Of a stretch of DNA of 64,000 nucleotides, positions 12,476 through 24,268 are shown piece after piece. Within the stretch, counting starts at the first letter, position 1. The number at the start of each line of letters is the position of its first letter. The notes under the pieces were generated by a model. It made no database searches and was not told the origin of the DNA. It saw only the letters and a program-made list of their open reading frames with translations. Origin of the DNA: Basidiobolus meristosporus CBS 931.73 (Eukaryota > Fungi > Basidiobolomycota); the NCBI GenBank assembly GCA_002104905.1, contig MCFE01000123.1:97574-161573 (forward strand), written 5' to 3'. A program made the translations under genes and the position numbers.

Positions 12476-14817
12476 CTAAGAATAATCCCGACCCTCGCAG
12501 CCGGTGATGGTGCGGCCGTTCTGAACGTATCTTTCCAGGAAGCTGGTAAGTCGGGTGTTCGCGGCGACACTCTCCTTGGAGAGTAGAGGTAGATAGCTTT
12601 GGATGATTAGCTGAAGCAATTTGTGGGCCTGGCCTTGATACACTTGAAGGAACACGGGTCCAGCCACCTAACCTGTGGGTTAGCTCGGGTCCGGGGGGGA
12701 AGGAACGTTGAACGCAAATTACCTCCAGAAATATGTTGATCAGGATGGGTGTGATGGGCCGTGGGGGCAGATTCACGATCCGCGCCAGCCAGGTCCAACC
12801 GTTGGCTATGCCGTACGGATTCTGAAAGTCTGCGGACATCATGTCAGTCAGGATTCCTATGCGTCACCCATAGATGTTACCGTGAATTCACTTACTCTCC
12901 GGCGAGGTTTGAACGATCGCCGAGTACAGGGAAAGGATGCCGCCCATGCGTTCGTTGTATTGAACCTCGGTTTCCCACTCGTCACCATCCTTCTTCTTGA
13001 ACCCGATGAGCTTCAGGTAGTCTTCCTTTGATTGGCTCTGCATCCATCGGTAATTAGCATCCGGCTCGACGGGAACTTTCAAATGGCCTACAAACCGCTT
13101 TCTTCCCGATGTATTGGGGGATCACGTAGGGGCAATGCTTGATCAAACGAACCAAGAGAAGATCGAGGAACTCCGGGTGGGTGTTGATCAGGTTGACACA
13201 CACTCGCGCCAGAGGGTAGGCGGTGGATTGCTTGACGGTTACCTCGGTCTCAGCTTGGTCCTAGCCGGGTTCTAATCTTAGTATCGACTCTGGGTGCAGT
13301 TGGCTCGGATGGACTTACTATCACTGATTTGGCGGCAAGATTCATGATCCAGCGATATACCTCTGGAGACTTCTGCTTGGCATCGATGAAGATGTTGTTC
13401 AGCTCGTTGGTCTACCACAAGCGAGTGTTAATCCAGGGGATTCGTGCATCGAGTCGCCAAATACACTTACGATTCTAGTGACATCTTCGGGGGTGTTGAC
13501 CAGCTGTCCCATCTTCGGGCGGATCGATCGCTTGGCGGTGAAGCAGTAATTTTTCACCTCTTTGTTCCCTTGAATTTTTGGTTTGAGTTGTTGGTTGATT
13601 TCCTAGCGGTTGCGTAAACAAACATCAGCTATGATTCGTAGGCGATGTGTGGTTGAGACGTTACTTGTAGCATGTTGCGATACTTGTCAGCCATTTCCAC
13701 GGCCTTAGGTGACGCAAATTTGGCCTCTTGAAGCTAGATTCGATTGGATTAGAAGTACTTCGATTGGGGGGTAGTGGTGTTGCGACATATACCTTTTTGG
13801 CCTGCTCTTCTTGAGCCAGCTTATTGAGTTCCGCTTCTTTGGCAGCATTCTCTTTGGCCACCTTATCCGCCTCCTGCTTTTGCTTCAGCTCGAGCTCCTC
13901 TTTGATATGCCGTTCCTCGGCCTCCTTCAATTCCTTTTCTTTCCGCAACTTTTCTTCCTGTTCTTTCTTCACCTTTTCGAGGGCCTCTTGCTTCAATTTC
14001 TCCTTGCGTTCATGTTCTTCCCGTTTTTGACGAATCACCTGCTCGATTCTCTGCAACGAGTCAGTTAGTACACGGTCTGAGGTACGGAGTGAATCTCCCC
14101 AGGGACGGGTCAAGCTCCGGGAAAGCGCAGATACCTTTTTCATGGCTTCGTTCTTCCCCTGGAACTCGATCTTCAGCTTTTCCTCATCGTTGGTTCTACA
14201 CGAGAAGGCTCAGTCCAAAGTGCACCAAGCCAAACAGCTACAACTTAGCAGGTACCTTTCCAACTTCAACTTCGCCAAGGCCTTGCGTGCTTCCTCGGAA
14301 TCCTTTTCGATCTTCTCCTTAAGAGTGAGGGTGCGAGTAGGGGAGGACCAGGAGCTGGCACGAAACTCTGCCATCTCGGTGGCCTTTCGGTAGCCGGCAT
14401 TCTATCGGGCACGGGAGTGTTAGTTGTCGAGCCATTGTTGAGGCAGGGAAGGATAAGAAAGGGGCTCTTACCCAAGCATGGGTGGAGATCTCCTGGTGAT
14501 GTAGATCGATCGGATCGTCGGTGAAGGTCAAGCGAACGATCCGGGTAGCGTCCAGATTTTCTATTGGCTCCAAGTCAACTACAGGTCAAGTGGGGAAAAA
14601 CCAAACCGCATACTGACCACGAGACTTTTTCGGGCTGGTGAGGTAGGTTGGTGTCGTAGGGTTGGCCAGTGGTTTTCTACATAACGGTACGCGTTGGGTT
14701 AGTGAAGGGGCGGTGGTATGGACGGTGGGCGGAAACCGGTCGGTACTTGTTTATGGTGGCGAATAAGTCCTCCTCGGAATCCGACTCTATTATGGAATTG
14801 GCATTGAAAGTGGGCAT
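12476..14817 (-). CDS. GLE1: mRNA export factor Gle1 (multi-exon; boundaries approximate)
   Basis: Coiled-coil exon 13661..14143; GLE1-domain exons YNERMGGILSLYSAIVQT, GWTWLARIVNLPP..ITPILINIFLEV, AANTRLTSFLE. Confidence 0.85.
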
Positions 14818-15100
14818 GGCTGGAGTTGGGTTGGAACAGCGCAGGTATGACTAGAGTGAAGAAGCACTGGCCATAAATCATCTGAACCCTTTGACTGTTA
14901 TTCCCCCAAATCAAAAAAAATCCTCGATGTTGCTTAAACTTAATCCATAAGCTTGATTAGGTGAGTTTGACTGTGAACCAACACAGTGAGAGTGATGGTG
15001 ATGGTGATGGTGATGGTGCGGGTGACATGACATCATCCGGGTTATCCTGATAAATAGATTATGCTGTGAGGTGAGTGAGCCATATTTTCTATACTCTACC

Positions 15101-16799
15101 ATGTCACAAAGTAAACAGAATCCTTTAAGTGTTCAGACTTTACTGTCTTTATTGGAACAGAATGTGGCGAAACCGGAAGACTCCGACGTCATACTGAGGA
15201 ATGGGGGCGACGCGATAGCCGGACTCTTTCATTCAATCATGATCTCCCTGGGGTTCAGCTTTTCTGGGCTAGGGGATTCGGGGAAAGTAGGTGAGTAGAG
15301 CATAGGTTTCACCCAAAGTAAACTTTAAACTTGTAGCCCGGTGAAAAGAAACCACCCAACAAACTGCCCCCGGTTAGGGAGGAGCGGAAACTCTGGTTAC
15401 ACTTCAACTTACGCTCAGCGGCCCGTTCTCATTCAGACTTGTTACCTTTGCAGATTCAGGAGAAACAAAGCTTCCCGTCGGGTGGAACTCCTCGGACTGT
15501 TACTCGTTTCGTTACACCCATCCTCAGTCTCAACTCACCTTTCTAGTAAAGAGCGTTCACATTGGGAATAAACTAGTCGTGCACGGTTCAACCAAAGAGG
15601 TATAGACTTGGGCGCACACTTCACCTCACCTAAAACATTTTATTAACGACGCTTGGTACCTCACCCTGTCGACCTTGGAAAGAACGACAAGATTGAATCG
15701 TTTGAGGTGGACATATCGAACTGCCTTTCACCTTCCTTCAACTTTCCCCTGACCAGCGGCTCCAACCAACATTACGCTTCCATATTCTGGTCGCCGGAGA
15801 AATTGAAAGAGGTCGTGGAGTTGTATCAGACCCGAATAGTTCAGGTTCTGTTACCCAAGCTGAATAAGCCGGGTTACGAGGAAACCAGGTGTTGTGGCCC
15901 TGTCGCTCTGCTCGCTCATTTCATCTCTAATCGATCTCTATAGAACAAACGTAGAAAGCTCCACCCGCAGCACCGGGACGCCCAGTCACGGAAGACCTCA
16001 ACCCAATTATCCAGACCCGGAGGGATCATCGCAACCCACGCGTGGAGGACTCCCATAGTAATCTCAATCATTCCATGGCGAACGCACTCGAACGAACATA
16101 TGCTCATTTGCTTATCCGATATAGTTACCATCCCACCGGGATCGGACGTTCAGACCTGGATCCACTAGCGGCCTCACCCGGGTTTATTTCCCCGAGGTTG
16201 GTCAACTGAAAGTTACTTGGGTTGAATGCTCTAGCTAAACGGTATCTCTCTTGTAGAGGGGCTCCCTTTGGACTTGGTGGGGATAGTGGGATGTATGTGG
16301 GACCGGATCACTCCATTTTCGGAAGAGTCTCCGGCGATGATTATGACGAAAACCCAATCTTCGGTGGGCCACAGCCGTTGCCAAGGTAAGCTCTACGCAT
16401 CACGCCTCGGAACTCCATTTAACTCGCGTTTCGCCTGTGTAGAGGGTCGGTCCCACCTGGAGCCAGATTCGACCCGATCGGACCTTTCGGTGAAAACCCT
16501 GGGCAGGGCCGCTTCCAAGGCGGTAACCGCGGACGCGGACGCGGGCGTGGCCGAGGGGATGGGTTCAGGTAAGAAATGATCTCTAGAGGCTTGGCACAGC
16601 GACCCAATGATAACGATCCATCAAAACCAGTGGCGAACCCGACCATGATCACCTCCCACCACCGGTAAACGAACATACATGATGAGTAATCTACGCAAAA
16701 TGTACTAAAATGGCTACTCTATAGGGCTTCAACGGCGGATTTGGACCCGGAGGTGGTGGATTCGGATCTGGAGGATTCGGAGGCGGAATGTTCATGTAA
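15101..16799 (+). CDS. PI31-like proteasome regulator (multi-exon; approximate)
   Basis: N-terminal DAIAGLFHSIMISLGF.F.GLG; C-terminal MYVGPDH and PPGARFDPIGP motifs followed by an RG-rich tail. Confidence 0.8.
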
Positions 16800-16952
16800 T
16801 TCACGGGCTACGTTAGCAATGTAGCGACAAATGACCCAATAAAAAACGGAGAGCCCAACTTGGCCTGGACAATGATATAGACAAATTCAGAATCGAGGGA
16901 AACTTTATTAACAAATCATAATGCCCGTCCGATTCAGGCTTCATTGATTCTA

Positions 16953-18794
16953 TTAAAGGCCAGCAATGTGGTGGAATAGTACAAGCCCACAAATATACAG
17001 TAATAGGTTATCCACCCTGCCAGAGCTGGCGCCAGAAATGGCACTCTCCTTGACGTCAGATCCCTGCACTCCATCCGAGGTGTCAGGGGCACTGCTACTC
17101 GTCGTGCACCCAGTATTGCATGTGTGATAGCAGTCGTCCTTGGGGTATTTTGGCCTTTGTGCCGTGGCATTGGGGTGATCCCATCCAAGATCGAGTGTAC
17201 AATCCGAGTGCGGCTGGAAGTTGGAGGCCCCGTACCAATCGATCATCCCCGCAAGCGCCCCCTGGAAGCCTGCATTGTAGTCTTGGGTGACTTCGGTGTA
17301 GACATAGTCCCTACGATTGTCAAAGAAAGAGTCATCGAACGCGGGTCCGCCAACCAGGGCTCCATAGAGGATGAACCGGTTCTTCGTCATGCTTTCCAGG
17401 AAATCCGAACCAACAGCATACTGAGGCTGCCCCTTCATAGGGTAGTCGATATATGCGTTGTAGCTAGCCTTGTGATAGGGCCGTTGTGGGTAGTCTTTTC
17501 CAAACCCAACCACCCAGGACCTACCACAATCCCCCAGTATGTAGTTCATTTGTTGTGTGGCATGGTTGAGAAGCCTTTGGGCGTACGGGTCGTCGTAGCC
17601 GAGATCTTTGGCATGGTAGATCATCGCAAAGGCGACATTGGCCGAATATGATAGGGATCCCCATTTTTCGTAGAACGAAAGTCCTCGGGGAGTCTGCTGC
17701 ACCTTCTGGTTAGGCCCGGGGAGCCATGCGTCGAAGAATTCCTTGGCGTTTTTCTTGTAAACCTCCTCTTTTGTAAGATGGTACAGGAGCACATGGCAGG
17801 CGCCCTCTTGATCATCCCACGACCATTCGTAGCCCCCGTTGTAGGCGGCGGTGTACCATTTAATCCCTTCGTCGAGATAGACTTTGTTGTTGGTTGCTTG
17901 GTAGAGGAAAACCGCCGCCAATCCCAGCTCATCCTGCCAGTTTGTGGATGGGTACCACTCTTTGACCGTGGTCCAGTTGGCATTGTTGGATTCCATGAAC
18001 GTGCCTTGGTGGTCGGTGGCAAATTTGTACAGCTGCTCCGCGTGGCCGAGGAGGGTTTTAGCGTAGTTAGGGTCGGAGTCCTTGAAAACTGAGGAAGAAG
18101 CGGCCATGGCAGCCGATGCGATACCAAGGATCTCCGAAGAGGGGTTTTCCGGGGTAACGTAGAATGCGGTGTGCTTGATACCAAGAGGAACGTACTCGTC
18201 GTAGAACTCTGGTGGCCCGAAATATCCGAAATCCACATCGGTCTCGCCAACGGCAGAGGTTCCCAACTGAGCCACGAAAGCCAGGGGGGCAGGATGAGCA
18301 CTGATTAGGTAATCGGTGCCCCATTTGAGATTCTCCATGGCTTCCTTTTTTTCATTCACAGCCTCCATGGCGTCCCCGAACGCCAGTATGTTGAAGGCAA
18401 GCTGCATAATGGTAAACCCTAATGGTTGGGACCATTTCATCGTGTTCGCAGCCTCAAACCACGCCTTACTCAGATCCTCCCCGTACTCCCCTTTGCAATC
18501 CACGCACGAGTCCGTGCGCCAGGCCAGTCGTTGGTAAGGAAGCTTCCCGGACCTCTGGGAGTGGTAGAAGATCTGCGACTTGTGTAAAACCTCCGAGTAA
18601 TCGTACGCGGGCTTCTTGGGGGCGCTGTAATTCCCGGTCGCCAATGGGCCGGGAGGAGTAATGCGCGGATCCTCCGCGGTGCCGGCATAAGAATCTTGAC
18701 GTTTGGTGAGTTTCCGGGATGCCGCTGGCTCCGAGGAACACAGCAGTAGTAATCCCACTGCACCCACTGCAGAGGCTAGGCTCCAAGGTTTCAT
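16953..18794 (-). CDS. Secreted, probably GPI/membrane-anchored glycoside hydrolase family 9 protein
   Basis: Signal peptide; FYHSQRSGKLP, RSWVVGFG..YPQRPYHK, LYGALVGGP, YTEVTQDYNAG GH9 motifs; Ser-rich linker and hydrophobic C-terminus. Confidence 0.9.
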   Translation of the reverse strand: MKPWSLASAVGAVGLLLLCSSEPAASRKLTKRQDSYAGTAEDPRITPPGPLATGNYSAPKKPAYDYSEVLHKSQIFYHSQRSGKLPYQRLAWRTDSCVDCKGEYGEDLSKAWFEAANTMKWSQPLGFTIMQLAFNILAFGDAMEAVNEKKEAMENLKWGTDYLISAHPAPLAFVAQLGTSAVGETDVDFGYFGPPEFYDEYVPLGIKHTAFYVTPENPSSEILGIASAAMAASSSVFKDSDPNYAKTLLGHAEQLYKFATDHQGTFMESNNANWTTVKEWYPSTNWQDELGLAAVFLYQATNNKVYLDEGIKWYTAAYNGGYEWSWDDQEGACHVLLYHLTKEEVYKKNAKEFFDAWLPGPNQKVQQTPRGLSFYEKWGSLSYSANVAFAMIYHAKDLGYDDPYAQRLLNHATQQMNYILGDCGRSWVVGFGKDYPQRPYHKASYNAYIDYPMKGQPQYAVGSDFLESMTKNRFILYGALVGGPAFDDSFFDNRRDYVYTEVTQDYNAGFQGALAGMIDWYGASNFQPHSDCTLDLGWDHPNATAQRPKYPKDDCYHTCNTGCTTSSSAPDTSDGVQGSDVKESAISGASSGRVDNLLLYICGLVLFHHIAGL

Positions 18795-19259
18795 TTGTGC
18801 GGAGATTGAACAGTATGAGAATTAAGGTTTTGGTACGAAACCCTATTCTTTTATACTGCTCGGATGGCCATCACGCACTAATTTAGAATCTTGGTCGGAT
18901 TTGGAAACGCAGGTCGATTTCATTAGATCTACCACTTGTAGAGGAGCAGCTTTTTTTAGGAGTTGGCGTAGAATTCAGTTAATTTATCAATCGATTTAAT
19001 GTCTCGAGCTCGGCACAAATGCAGCCAGATGAGGGACTGTGGAAATGCATACTAAGACATGCCATCATCATTTCCCTCCGATATACTGTGAAATAGGCAA
19101 GTGTAAATTAAAAGTGCTGGGCCATGAGCATTTATCAGTCCTATGTACAACGTAGTTTAATTAATATGATAAGGCTGCACATACATCCATGGTGTTCTAA
19201 ATAGAAGAGGACAAGTGTGAGTGTGTAGTGGTATCCTGGCTGGAAAAATGGAAGGGCTT

Positions 19260-20216
19260 CTATCTGTTCAAGGAGGGCGGTGGGCTCTTGTTAAAACGAT
19301 TGTTGACGTGATTGGCACAAAGGATGGAAACAAAGATTACGTATAGCTGAGGTATCAAGAGTGAGAAGGCTGAGATATAGAGCAGTTTCAAGGTGCGATC
19401 GCTAAACCGATAGTATTTTCCCATGCACCCGGGCAGGAGACTGCGTAGGTAGCACTTATTGGAGAGGGCGGCGTGATCGAACGGCCCTTTGAACCCGCAA
19501 CAATGTAACTATGAGAAGCGGTTAGTAGTGGTGCATGGAATCACATCCTGAAAGATGAATCCTACGTTGTTCTGAATGATTAGTCGCTCTTGGTAGCCAA
19601 AGGATCTCCATTGATGACCAAGCTTGGCTCTCAGATTCCACAATTGCCGTTTGTAAGCTAAATAGCCAACGACGGCGATCAGGATGAATATTACCCACAG
19701 GATTAGCGCCCAGATGGTCAATATTCTGCGGTTGTTCTTCAAGGACCCGTAATAACCTATCAACGAGTTGATTATCCCGATTAGGCTAAGGGTTATTAAC
19801 ACCCCAAGGAGTCCGCTGTTTCCGGTTACAATCACTTCAGCTCGGAGGTAGCCTATTCGATTCGATCAACGATCAATCAGATTAATGATGGAGCATATAA
19901 GTCAATTAATTATGACAATTACCTCTGGAATAAGTGATCAGGGAGAAGAAGAAAATCGAGAGGGACACCACTAACAACTGTAATTGAACGTCAGTCTCGC
20001 TCTAAAGCCACTCCAGAGCAAACTTCCTACCAGGGTGTTTGCCACGAGCAATGACCATTTAGATTTTGTCCATTGCTCATGGACCATGTAATCTACATCT
20101 GACAGATATTGCTCATTTGCTTGATTCAATTCGTTGGTCAATTTCTCGGATGTTGGTAACGTATCTGCAAGTGATTCTGGCACACACACTTTTTCATCCC
20201 GACGCTCTAGGTTCAT
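19260..20216 (-). CDS. Fungal tetraspanin-like membrane protein (multi-exon)
   Basis: Hydrophobic helices in 19509..19835; final exon reads LHCCGFKGPF...CYLRSLLPGC then a TM helix; stop at 19260-19262. Confidence 0.75.
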
Positions 20217-20996
20217 TGCGATAAGGTACGAAGGTGCTGTAGGAATGGATCACTTGAAGAATGTGAATGCCTTGTCCAACAGAGGCGGTCATTTTATTTG
20301 ACGTAGGAAAAGAGCTAAACTCTACTAGCACCCGCCATGTAGGAGGGAAGGTTTCAAACTGCATGTAATCACTGTTTTGAAAGCAAACCTAACTATTATT
20401 TATTGGGAGCGATTGATAAGCACCCGGCATTGTGGAACTGCATGGAAAGGGACAGTGTGGATACCCAATCCATCCGTCATCATCAGGCAAGCGGGGGCCC
20501 TATATAGCACCCATCCCCGAAATGCGATATATTACAAGTTGTGTATATATCAGCACCCAGCCCTGGATTGCAAGATATTGTATTTGTAAGCCCTGAATTG
20601 CGATATATCGTATTTGCGGATAGGCAAAGTTTGGGGCGTCAGTCTTCCAATAAAAGCCAGATGCGGAAAAGATTTATTTGTATGCTTGCGTCAAGGGAGT
20701 GATGTATTTGTGTGTTTGAGTCACCGCAGGATATATTTGTTCTCTTTGTTCGGATCGGCGCCATGTGGGGTAAGGATGGCCAAATATCGAGGATGGAGGG
20801 AGTCGGAGCAGACGCCTCATCGGATGCTGGTGAATGTGCGAGTGTTGTGTACTCCATGGAGTGGGGATCAGGATGCATGATTATCAGGGCTGATCTCCGT
20901 AAATATTAGGATTATGTAGGCAGGTTTATTACGATGGGTTTAGAATTATATACAGTTGTGTTACGAGGTCTAATTCTTGTTAGTCTATATTGTTGG

Positions 20997-22064
20997 TCAT
21001 GCGCATATGGTGTTATTAAATGGCGCATAGGGTGGGGGTGGTATCCCTTGGTATGGTGACATCGCTTCGTAACTGGGTGGGCACTGCGACAGCTCGTTCT
21101 GAAGGTCGCTTTGGACTCCCACCCGAAGCAGTAGGTGAAGGGTTTTACGCTCGTTGCCATCCTCGGTCTCGATCTCCACGAACACCTTATGGACCACCTT
21201 GATGTAGCTGCACTCACTATCACAGTAAGCGCCCTTGGGGATTTGGAGGTTTAGGCTGCCCTCCCAAGCATGTTCGTTGCATACCTGGCTGGCTTGGCTG
21301 AGGTCATGGCACTTGATTATTGGCTTGCCTCCCTTGAGGCTGTAGGAAATAAACTCCCGTAAGACAAGGGAGATTTTTCGGATCTTGAAAGTAGGCTCGA
21401 ACGAGCAGAAGCTATACAAAACCGGAAACTGATCGCCCACGGTGTAGGTTGTCTCAGGTGAGGAGATTTGATAAGCAAACTTATCCAGCCAAACCCCATG
21501 GATCATGGTCGGCTGTAGGTAGTCATCGGAGGACGGGAGTGGAGCACGTTTGATCTCCACTGTACGACACGCTTTCATGTCAAAATGGAACGCAGGGCGC
21601 TCCACCGTGGCCACCAATTTGTACACGATCTTGCCTGAATTCACGTCGATGGACTCGGGCAAATCACCCTTGAGAGGCAGCTCGAAGTCGTAGGCGTAGT
21701 CTTTAGGCGCCAGTAGGTAAGCGTCCCGGCGTGCTTCCAAGAAGGTCCACTTGTGTCTGATTACATCGTACTCGTGCCTGGGGAGATCTGTGCGGAGGCT
21801 GGTTAGCATCGCTATCACGACGGGGAAAATGCTGCAAACACACTTACCAAAGCCGCCGTTGATCTTGACTTTGCCAACAAATTTGAGGTGAATGGACTTC
21901 ACCTTCATGTGCTCTTGGGGATTGAAGCGCAGGGTTCCACGCAGCACGCATCCAACGGACTCTTCCGTGGTGCCATACATGGTCAGCGAGTCCCCATTCA
22001 AATCGATCTGGATGTGCTCGGTGGCGAGCTGTGTTGTGGAGTCAACGTGGGGTAGGTTGAACAT
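20997..22064 (-). CDS. Alpha-arrestin-like adaptor protein (likely 60-nt in-frame intron 21788-21847)
   Basis: VLRGTLRF, YDFELPLKGDLPES, IVYKLVATVER and C-terminal PPSY/PPPPY motifs; GTAAG...GCTAAC...CAG intron. Confidence 0.85.
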   Translation of the reverse strand: MFNLPHVDSTTQLATEHIQIDLNGDSLTMYGTTEESVGCVLRGTLRFNPQEHMKVKSIHLKFVGKVKINGGFGKCVCSIFPVVIAMLTSLRTDLPRHEYDVIRHKWTFLEARRDAYLLAPKDYAYDFELPLKGDLPESIDVNSGKIVYKLVATVERPAFHFDMKACRTVEIKRAPLPSSDDYLQPTMIHGVWLDKFAYQISSPETTYTVGDQFPVLYSFCSFEPTFKIRKISLVLREFISYSLKGGKPIIKCHDLSQASQVCNEHAWEGSLNLQIPKGAYCDSECSYIKVVHKVFVEIETEDGNERKTLHLLLRVGVQSDLQNELSQCPPSYEAMSPYQGIPPPPYAPFNNTICA

Positions 22065-22542
22065 GTCGATAGTGGTAGGGAGCTTGAGGCAGACACGGGG
22101 AATTTATAGAGGACCAAGGAGTTTGGATCCGATGGGGCACGTGGAACCGCAACGCATGAAGCCTAGCTTTGATTATCTCTGTCCAAGCTAACCACAACCA
22201 TCCAACATTCGTTTTTTTCCTATCCACGTTGTAGCGACCCCGTATATGGTATGGATGCCTGGAAGTCGCCGCTTATGGAATCGGATGCTTGAAAGCCCCC
22301 CATACTGCCAATAAGTTAATTAAATCTCACCATCACTAATAATACACTAACCGCTCGTGTCACAAGGGTTGACAGCGCTCGAGTATTCCACATGTGAAGA
22401 GAGAAGCCACCCCCTTAATCATAGATGACCAAATGAATTGCGGGACCATTGCATGTTGTAGGGTTTTTGTTTATTCAAGTGATGCCGAAGCTTTAGATAT
22501 AGATTCGACCTGGATATTACCTGCGCAGATGAGATCCAAACA

Positions 22543-23410
22543 TTACAATCCCTTATCTTTCTTGCTGGCCGCCTTAGCGGCTCTCTTGAGATCCTTCTTG
22601 GTAACCTGTTTGGGTCCAGAATTGGCTCTGATATTACAAGGGCGAGTTAGTGGGCATCAGGGAGGATGATTAGCTGTTCGCTTATTTACCCGAAAGGTGA
22701 GCTAACTTTCCAAGGGCGTTTCAATTCGCCCTCAGCCCTCTTGTTGAAAAAGTGGATTTGGAACACTTTGCTCTCGAAGAGACTCTTGAAGGGCATGAAA
22801 GTTTGGAGGAAAAGGGGCTGGACATAGCCCCACTTGAGATGGATGAAGGCAAGAATGCAGAGGGAGATGAAGGTTTGCTTCACAACCTTGAAAACCTCAT
22901 CGCAATCATAGTCGCAGTAGGTGGTGGTGATAGGAACGGGCTCCCTATAAACGACGTTAGTGGGGCCCTTCTCCGAACGCGAATGACCAATCAAACATAC
23001 TCTCCGCTCCAAGGGTTGGGCTCAATGTACATGAGCTCGGTAGTATCTGATGATATGTGGATTTAGCAAGTGGAGATGTGGCGATCCAGCAAGCAAACAA
23101 CAATACCGTTTTTAGCCTTGATGCGGGTTCTAACGTAGAAGCACAAGCCGAGAATAATCCCCACCGAGGTAAGATGGATGATACGCATCCAAAACACCTT
23201 GTTTGGATCTTCAAGATTTAGCATGCGGGCCTGTCACCAGTGCGAAGAAGGCAATTGGTTAGTTTGGACCGCTGCTTGCCCGGAGAGAAAGGATGGACTT
23301 ACCACTTGGATCAGACCAAGGACCATGACGAGGTTTTGTACCTATCATCACTGGTTTAATAAGGAAGTAAAGACGGACCAAACGCATCCACGCCCTACCT
23401 GAGGATTCAT
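22543..23410 (-). CDS. PHO88: Pho88/Snd3 ER membrane protein (multi-exon)
   Basis: MNPQ first exon; DYDCDEV...FIHLKWGYVQPLFLQ...FESKVFQIHFF...GELKRPW. Confidence 0.85.
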
Positions 23411-23557
23411 TTTGTGGAGAAGCCAAAGAGTTGGCAATGCGCGTCGAATAATTTAACCTTGCGGCCAAAAAAAAACTAATCAACATTCAGAGGTTCCATT
23501 GGGATCTTATGCCAAATTGAATCTTGGTTTGTGAATGTATGTACAGATTTATTTCAG

Positions 23558-23776
23558 TTAATTATGAACATAGTCAACCCACTTCTGGGCTATACGGCGC
23601 TTAGAATGTGATATCCGGATTCCAATACCAATTTCGTTTGACGGGCTGTTGGTGGTGGTCTGTGTCTGTGTCTGTGTTGTGTCTGTGCCTGCGTCTTCAA
23701 GAGATATGGGCGCGGAATAGGCTAGAAGTATCAGCGCAAGATAGAAGAGCAGAATAAATACGGCCTTGGAGAGCAT
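23558..23776 (-). CDS. Small secreted protein candidate, 72 aa
   Basis: ATG at 23776; hydrophobic signal MLSKAVFILLFYLALILLAYSAP, Thr/Gln spacer, KRR site, C-terminal IAQKWVDYVHN. Confidence 0.45.
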   Translation of the reverse strand: MLSKAVFILLFYLALILLAYSAPISLEDAGTDTTQTQTQTTTNSPSNEIGIGIRISHSKRRIAQKWVDYVHN

Positions 23777-24268
23777 GTTGAGCGTGGGATTGTAGATTTG
23801 CGGAATAGCTGGGCGGGAGTAGGTACTTATATTTAACATCACTTGGCCTGGACTCTTGACTCGTTCATCATGTTCGTATCCAGAGCATCCGTCTTCATCC
23901 CCCCGAAAGTCTAGTTTCTCTCTGGCAAATCACCCGCACTTCCGCCTGCCTCTAGGTCGACTATTTACGGCCTTCGATATGATTCACTCTATGCATTAGT
24001 TACCCATCATTTAGGCGAGAAAGGCCCAAGAATCTGACCACTTGATCGAGCCTCCTGGGTGATCTAGATATATCATCAGGGCGTCACAGGAGATCTAATT
24101 TAGCTTAATTTATTTTTAGGTTGTCCGCAGTGGAAGCACCAGGTTGCTTTATTAGCTGGCTAAGAAGCTGCGATTTTTTTTACGCAAATTTCTATTCTAT
24201 GAATTCGGCTTAATCCTCCATTTATCAGAGGAACCACTCTGACCGCTACCCACGGATAAGTTAGAAAC

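Noticed and set aside
14911-15102. ORF with a poly-His tract
   Set aside because: It is an (ATGGTG)n microsatellite in the GLE1/PI31 divergent promoter; no other coding signal.
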